From Flavobacterium sp. (GTDB taxonomy: Bacteria > Bacteroidota > Bacteroidia > Flavobacteriales > Flavobacteriaceae), in contig NZ_JBDTTP010000015.1 of the NCBI RefSeq assembly GCF_039930565.1, positions 97-64,096 on the forward strand: 64,000 nt of DNA, read 5' to 3'. Positions 60,254 to 64,000 of this stretch are shown here, in pieces. Made by a program: the position numbers and the translations under genes. Below the pieces are notes generated by a model. That model saw only the letters and a list, made by a program, of their open reading frames with translations, was not told where the DNA came from and made no database searches. The first letter of the stretch is position 1. Every line of letters begins with the position of its first letter.

Positions 60254-60632
60254 AAATATAAAGAATCTGATTGACAAAATGATGGCCGAAAATAATTTGG
60301 AGTCACCATCAATCGACTTTACTTCAAAAATAATGTCTCAGGTTTTATTGGCTGAAAAAAGTAAAATTAAAACTTACAAGCCTCTAATTTCTAAATCGAC
60401 CTGGCTTATTATTGGGCTAAGCTTAATTGCTTTAACCGGATATTCTGTTTTTATAAATAACGATTTTTCAAATATGGAAATGGTCCAATTATATTCAGAT
60501 AAGGCTTCTGCTTTATTCTCCGGGATTCATTTTTCTAAAAATATTTTGTATGCTATTTTAATTGTTCCTTTTATGATTTTAATTCAGATTGGATTATTGA
60601 AGAATTATTTTAATAAGAAGTATCAGGTGTAG
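60237..60632 (+). CDS. Putative membrane anti-sigma factor
   Basis: Overlaps sigma stop; ESPSIDFTSKIM motif then two TM helices. Confidence 0.65.
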   Translation: MKESDKNIKNLIDKMMAENNLESPSIDFTSKIMSQVLLAEKSKIKTYKPLISKSTWLIIGLSLIALTGYSVFINNDFSNMEMVQLYSDKASALFSGIHFSKNILYAILIVPFMILIQIGLLKNYFNKKYQV

Positions 60633-60867
60633 CTTTATTTTATTGATTTTTTATCAAAATAAACTTAATGTCTTTTAAAAAATAAAAATTGCTTTTAAAT
60701 CCTAAAAGCATATTTAAGCTATCCTATTTATCAAATACAATTAACTCATTTACAATAGTTTTAGCGCCGTAAACGTTATTCTTTTTTTAAGAAAATTTTG
60801 AGATTATAAACCGTTGCAATATTGTAACTTATGAAGTATCTTTGCACCTTAATTCGAAATTCATAAA

Positions 60868-61791
60868 ATGAATAAATTATTGATTGTTGGAACGGTTGCT
60901 TTCGACGCGATTGAAACTCCTTTCGGGAAAACAGATAAAATATTAGGTGGTGCTGCAACGTATATTGGTTTATCAGCATCCTTTTTTAACTTACAATCGG
61001 CTATTGTTTCTGTAGTTGGGGACGATTTTCCACAAAAGCATTTAGATCTTTTAACTTCAAAAAATATCGATATTTCTGGTATCGAGATTGTAAAAGGAGG
61101 AAAAACTTTTTTTTGGAGCGGTTTGTACCATAACGATTTAAATTCCAGAGACACTTTAGTAACTGAACTAAACGTTTTGGCTGATTTTCAGCCGAAAGTT
61201 CCTCAAAATTTCAAAGACGCTGATATTGTGATGTTAGGAAACTTACATCCATTAGTACAAAGCAGTGTTTTGGATCAATTAGAGAAAAAACCAAAATTGG
61301 TAGTTTTAGATACGATGAATTTCTGGATGGACTGTGCTTTACCTGAATTATTAGAGGTAATCAAACGTGTAGACGTTATTACAATTAATGATGAAGAAGC
61401 AAGACAACTTTCAGGAGAATATTCGTTGGTAAAAGCAGCGGCTAAAATCCAGGAATTGGGGCCAAAATATGTGGTGATCAAAAAAGGAGAACACGGTGCT
61501 CTTTTATTCCACAACAGAGAAGTATTCTTTGCCCCGGCTTTACCACTTGAAGATGTTTTTGATCCAACAGGAGCAGGAGACACTTTTGCGGGCGGTTTTT
61601 CAGGATTTATTACGCAAAGCGAAAATATCTCATTTGGCAATATGAAAAATGCCATAATTTACGGATCTAACCTGGCTTCATTTTGTGTAGAGAAATTTGG
61701 AACTGAAAGGATGGAAACATTAACTAAAGCTGAAGTAGCGATTCGATTACAGCAATTTAAGTCGTTAACCCAGTTTGACATAGAATTATAA
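60868..61791 (+). CDS. PfkB-family carbohydrate/nucleoside kinase
   Basis: LGGAATY, INDEEA, VIKKGEHG, DPTGAGDTFAGGF; TATCTTTG -7 element at 60837-60844. Confidence 0.92.
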   Translation: MNKLLIVGTVAFDAIETPFGKTDKILGGAATYIGLSASFFNLQSAIVSVVGDDFPQKHLDLLTSKNIDISGIEIVKGGKTFFWSGLYHNDLNSRDTLVTELNVLADFQPKVPQNFKDADIVMLGNLHPLVQSSVLDQLEKKPKLVVLDTMNFWMDCALPELLEVIKRVDVITINDEEARQLSGEYSLVKAAAKIQELGPKYVVIKKGEHGALLFHNREVFFAPALPLEDVFDPTGAGDTFAGGFSGFITQSENISFGNMKNAIIYGSNLASFCVEKFGTERMETLTKAEVAIRLQQFKSLTQFDIEL

Positions 61792-61797
61792 TGCCTT

Positions 61798-61823
61798 AAA
61801 GCCTCGATAAAACGGGGCTTTTT
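61798..61823 (+). terminator. Terminator-like hairpin between pfkB and purF
   Basis: AAAGCCTCG/CGGGGCTTT stem plus T tract. Confidence 0.55.
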
Positions 61824-61873
61824 TATTACGTTATTACGCACAACTTACAACAACACACAAATACAAAAAAACA

Positions 61874-63772
61874 ATGAGCGACGCTTTAAAACACGAATGT
61901 GGTATAGCCTTAGTCAGACTTCTTAAACCGCTTGAATATTACAAAGAAAAATACGGAAGTGCTTTTTACGGGATACAGAAAATGTATCTGATGATGGAAA
62001 AACAGCATAATCGGGGTCAGGATGGAGCCGGTTTTGCCAGCATTAAATTAGATGTTGATCCCGGACAGCGTTATATCAGCAGAGTTCGTTCAAACCATTC
62101 GCAGCCAATTCAGGATGTGTTTAAGCAGATTAACGACCGGATCAATGAGGAATTAACTGCTAATCCCGAAATTGCTGATAATGTAGATAAAATAAAATCA
62201 GAAATTCCGTATGTTGGAGAATTATTTTTAGGCCACGTCCGTTATGGAACATTTGGTAAAAACAGCATTGAAAGTGTACATCCGTTTTTACGTCAGAGCA
62301 ATTGGATGCACCGTAATCTGATTTTAGCAGGAAACTTTAACATGACTAATGTTAAAGAACTTTTCGAAAATCTGGTTGAACTTGGACAACATCCAAAAGA
62401 GATGGCCGATACTGTTACGGTTATGGAAAAAATTGGCCACTTTTTAGATAAGGAAGTGATGCAGCTATATCAGGACTGTAAGGCTGAAGGTTATTCTAAA
62501 AGAGAAGCTTCTCCTGTAATCGCAGACCGATTGGATATTGCGAAAATATTAACCCGCTCTGCAAAAAATTTAGATGGAGGTTATGCAATGGCAGGATTAT
62601 TAGGTCATGGTGATGCTTTTGTTTTTAGAGATCCTGCAGGAATTCGTCCAGCTTACTTTTATCAGGATGATGAAGTTGTTGTTGTAGCTTCTGAGCGGCC
62701 GGTTATTCAAACGGTATTTAATGTGCCTTTTGAAAGTGTTCAGGAAATCAACCCGGGAAATGCTTTGATTATCAAAAAAAGCGGAAAAGTTTCTATGGAG
62801 CAAATCTTAGAGCCAACCGTAAAGAAATCTTGTTCATTTGAAAGAATTTATTTCTCAAGAGGGAGTGATGCTGAAATTTATCAGGAACGCAAAAATTTAG
62901 GGAAATTAATTTTGCCTGCTGTGCTTGAATCTATTGACAGCGATACAGACAATACTGTTTTTTCCTATATTCCAAATACAGCCGAAACCTCTTTTTATGG
63001 AATGATCGAGGCTGCTCAGGATTTCCTGAATCAAAGAAAAAATAATTATATCCTTGAAAACAGAAGTACACTTACAGCCGAAACTCTTCAGGAATTATTA
63101 GCTGTAAAAATTCGTACAGAGAAAGTTGCAATTAAAGATGCTAAACTTAGAACCTTTATTACAGAAGACAGTAGCCGTGACGATTTAGTGGCTCACGTTT
63201 ATGATGTTACCTACGGAGTTATCAAACCAACTGATAATCTGGTTATTATTGATGACAGCATCGTTCGTGGCACTACATTAAAAATGAGTATCATAAAAAT
63301 GATGGATCGTTTAAAACCAAAACGTATTGTTATTGTTTCTTCGGCACCACAAATCCGTTACCCGGATTGTTACGGAATTGATATGGCTAAACTGGAAGGT
63401 CTTGTTGCTTTTCGAGCTGCATTAGCTTTATTAAAAGAAAGAAATCTCTATCATATTGTAGATAAAGTTTATGTTAAATGTAAAGCACAGGAAAATTATG
63501 TTGATACAGATGTTGTTAATTATGTAACTGCAATCTATGATCAGTTTACTCCCGAAGAGATTTCTGCTAAAATTGCCGAAATGTTAAGCTCTCCTGAAAT
63601 TAATGCCGAAGTAAAAATTATCTTCCAAAAAGTAGAGAATTTGCACATAGCTTGTCCGAAAAATCTAGGTGATTGGTATTTTACCGGAGACTATCCAACA
63701 CCTGGAGGAAACCGGGTTGTAAACAGAGCATTTATGAACTTTTATGAAGGAAAAAACGCAAGAGCTTATTAA
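61874..63772 (+). CDS. purF: Amidophosphoribosyltransferase (long Bacteroidota form)
   Basis: Propeptide then ECG nucleophile, QHNRGQDGAG, GHVRYGT, CSFERIYFSR, IIDDSIVRGTT PRPP loop, YGIDM. Confidence 0.9.
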   Translation: MSDALKHECGIALVRLLKPLEYYKEKYGSAFYGIQKMYLMMEKQHNRGQDGAGFASIKLDVDPGQRYISRVRSNHSQPIQDVFKQINDRINEELTANPEIADNVDKIKSEIPYVGELFLGHVRYGTFGKNSIESVHPFLRQSNWMHRNLILAGNFNMTNVKELFENLVELGQHPKEMADTVTVMEKIGHFLDKEVMQLYQDCKAEGYSKREASPVIADRLDIAKILTRSAKNLDGGYAMAGLLGHGDAFVFRDPAGIRPAYFYQDDEVVVVASERPVIQTVFNVPFESVQEINPGNALIIKKSGKVSMEQILEPTVKKSCSFERIYFSRGSDAEIYQERKNLGKLILPAVLESIDSDTDNTVFSYIPNTAETSFYGMIEAAQDFLNQRKNNYILENRSTLTAETLQELLAVKIRTEKVAIKDAKLRTFITEDSSRDDLVAHVYDVTYGVIKPTDNLVIIDDSIVRGTTLKMSIIKMMDRLKPKRIVIVSSAPQIRYPDCYGIDMAKLEGLVAFRAALALLKERNLYHIVDKVYVKCKAQENYVDTDVVNYVTAIYDQFTPEEISAKIAEMLSSPEINAEVKIIFQKVENLHIACPKNLGDWYFTGDYPTPGGNRVVNRAFMNFYEGKNARAY

Positions 63773-63825
63773 AAAAAAGTTAAAAAGTGCATTTCATCGG
63801 TTTTATTTGCCGTTCATCCTATATG

Positions 63826-63857
63826 TTTGGGAAAAATGTAATCCTAGTATATCTTTG
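63826..63857 (+). promoter_or_regulatory. Bacteroidota housekeeping promoter not followed by an ORF
   Basis: TTTG (63826-63829) - 20 nt - TATCTTTG (63850-63857). Confidence 0.7.
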
Positions 63858-63860
63858 AAG

Positions 63861-63933
63861 CACCATAACATTAGTAGGTTAAGTTTATGGTAGATTTGGG
63901 GCAAAAAGGGCGAAAGAAATTTCGCCTTTTTTA
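63861..63933 (+). ncRNA. Candidate ~70-nt small RNA
   Basis: Directly after a consensus promoter; 5' hairpin ACCATAAC/GTTTATGGT, then GGCGAAA/TTTCGCC terminator with poly-T; no ORF. Confidence 0.55.
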
Positions 63934-64000
63934 TTTTAAAAAAATTCAAACTTTTAAATATCAGTTATTTGTCGGATTTAATTGTTTTTCATCTGAATTA

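Noticed and set aside
61792-61873. Purine riboswitch upstream of purF
   Set aside because: Spacer is only ~80 nt with one simple hairpin and an A/C-rich leader; no aptamer features.

Overview
AT-rich Bacteroidota (most likely Flavobacterium) chromosomal window, mostly core genome: the distal complex I operon (nuoG-N), yccA, dinB, mfd, SDR-type threonine dehydrogenase, M1/S8/C1B peptidases, iscA/sufA-sufB-sufC-sufD, ALDH7, pyk, rnc-fabF-acpP, purN, rnhA, an ECF sigma/anti-sigma pair, a PfkB kinase and purF. Accessory parts: (i) small genes sitting inside essential operons, namely a decayed ORF6N gene with a coding palindrome inside nuo, and a four-helix-bundle (IVS/Avd-like) gene bracketed by heptamer-built inverted repeats inside suf; (ii) an ~9 kb two-component-regulated cluster of beta-propeller lipoproteins and T9SS cargo, with three copies of a TACGC-N6-GCGTA site, ending in a duplication scar and an unannotated papain-family pseudogene; (iii) two tandem T9SS pectate lyases, each with a LacI-type operator over its start site. 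Non-coding signals include a promoter-plus-terminator sRNA candidate after purF, a Flavo-1-like RNA hairpin, paired ECF promoters and a possible RNase III site upstream of fabF-rnc. No rRNA, tRNA, CRISPR array, transposase or integrase was recognised. Family assignments are from motif recognition by eye, not database searches.
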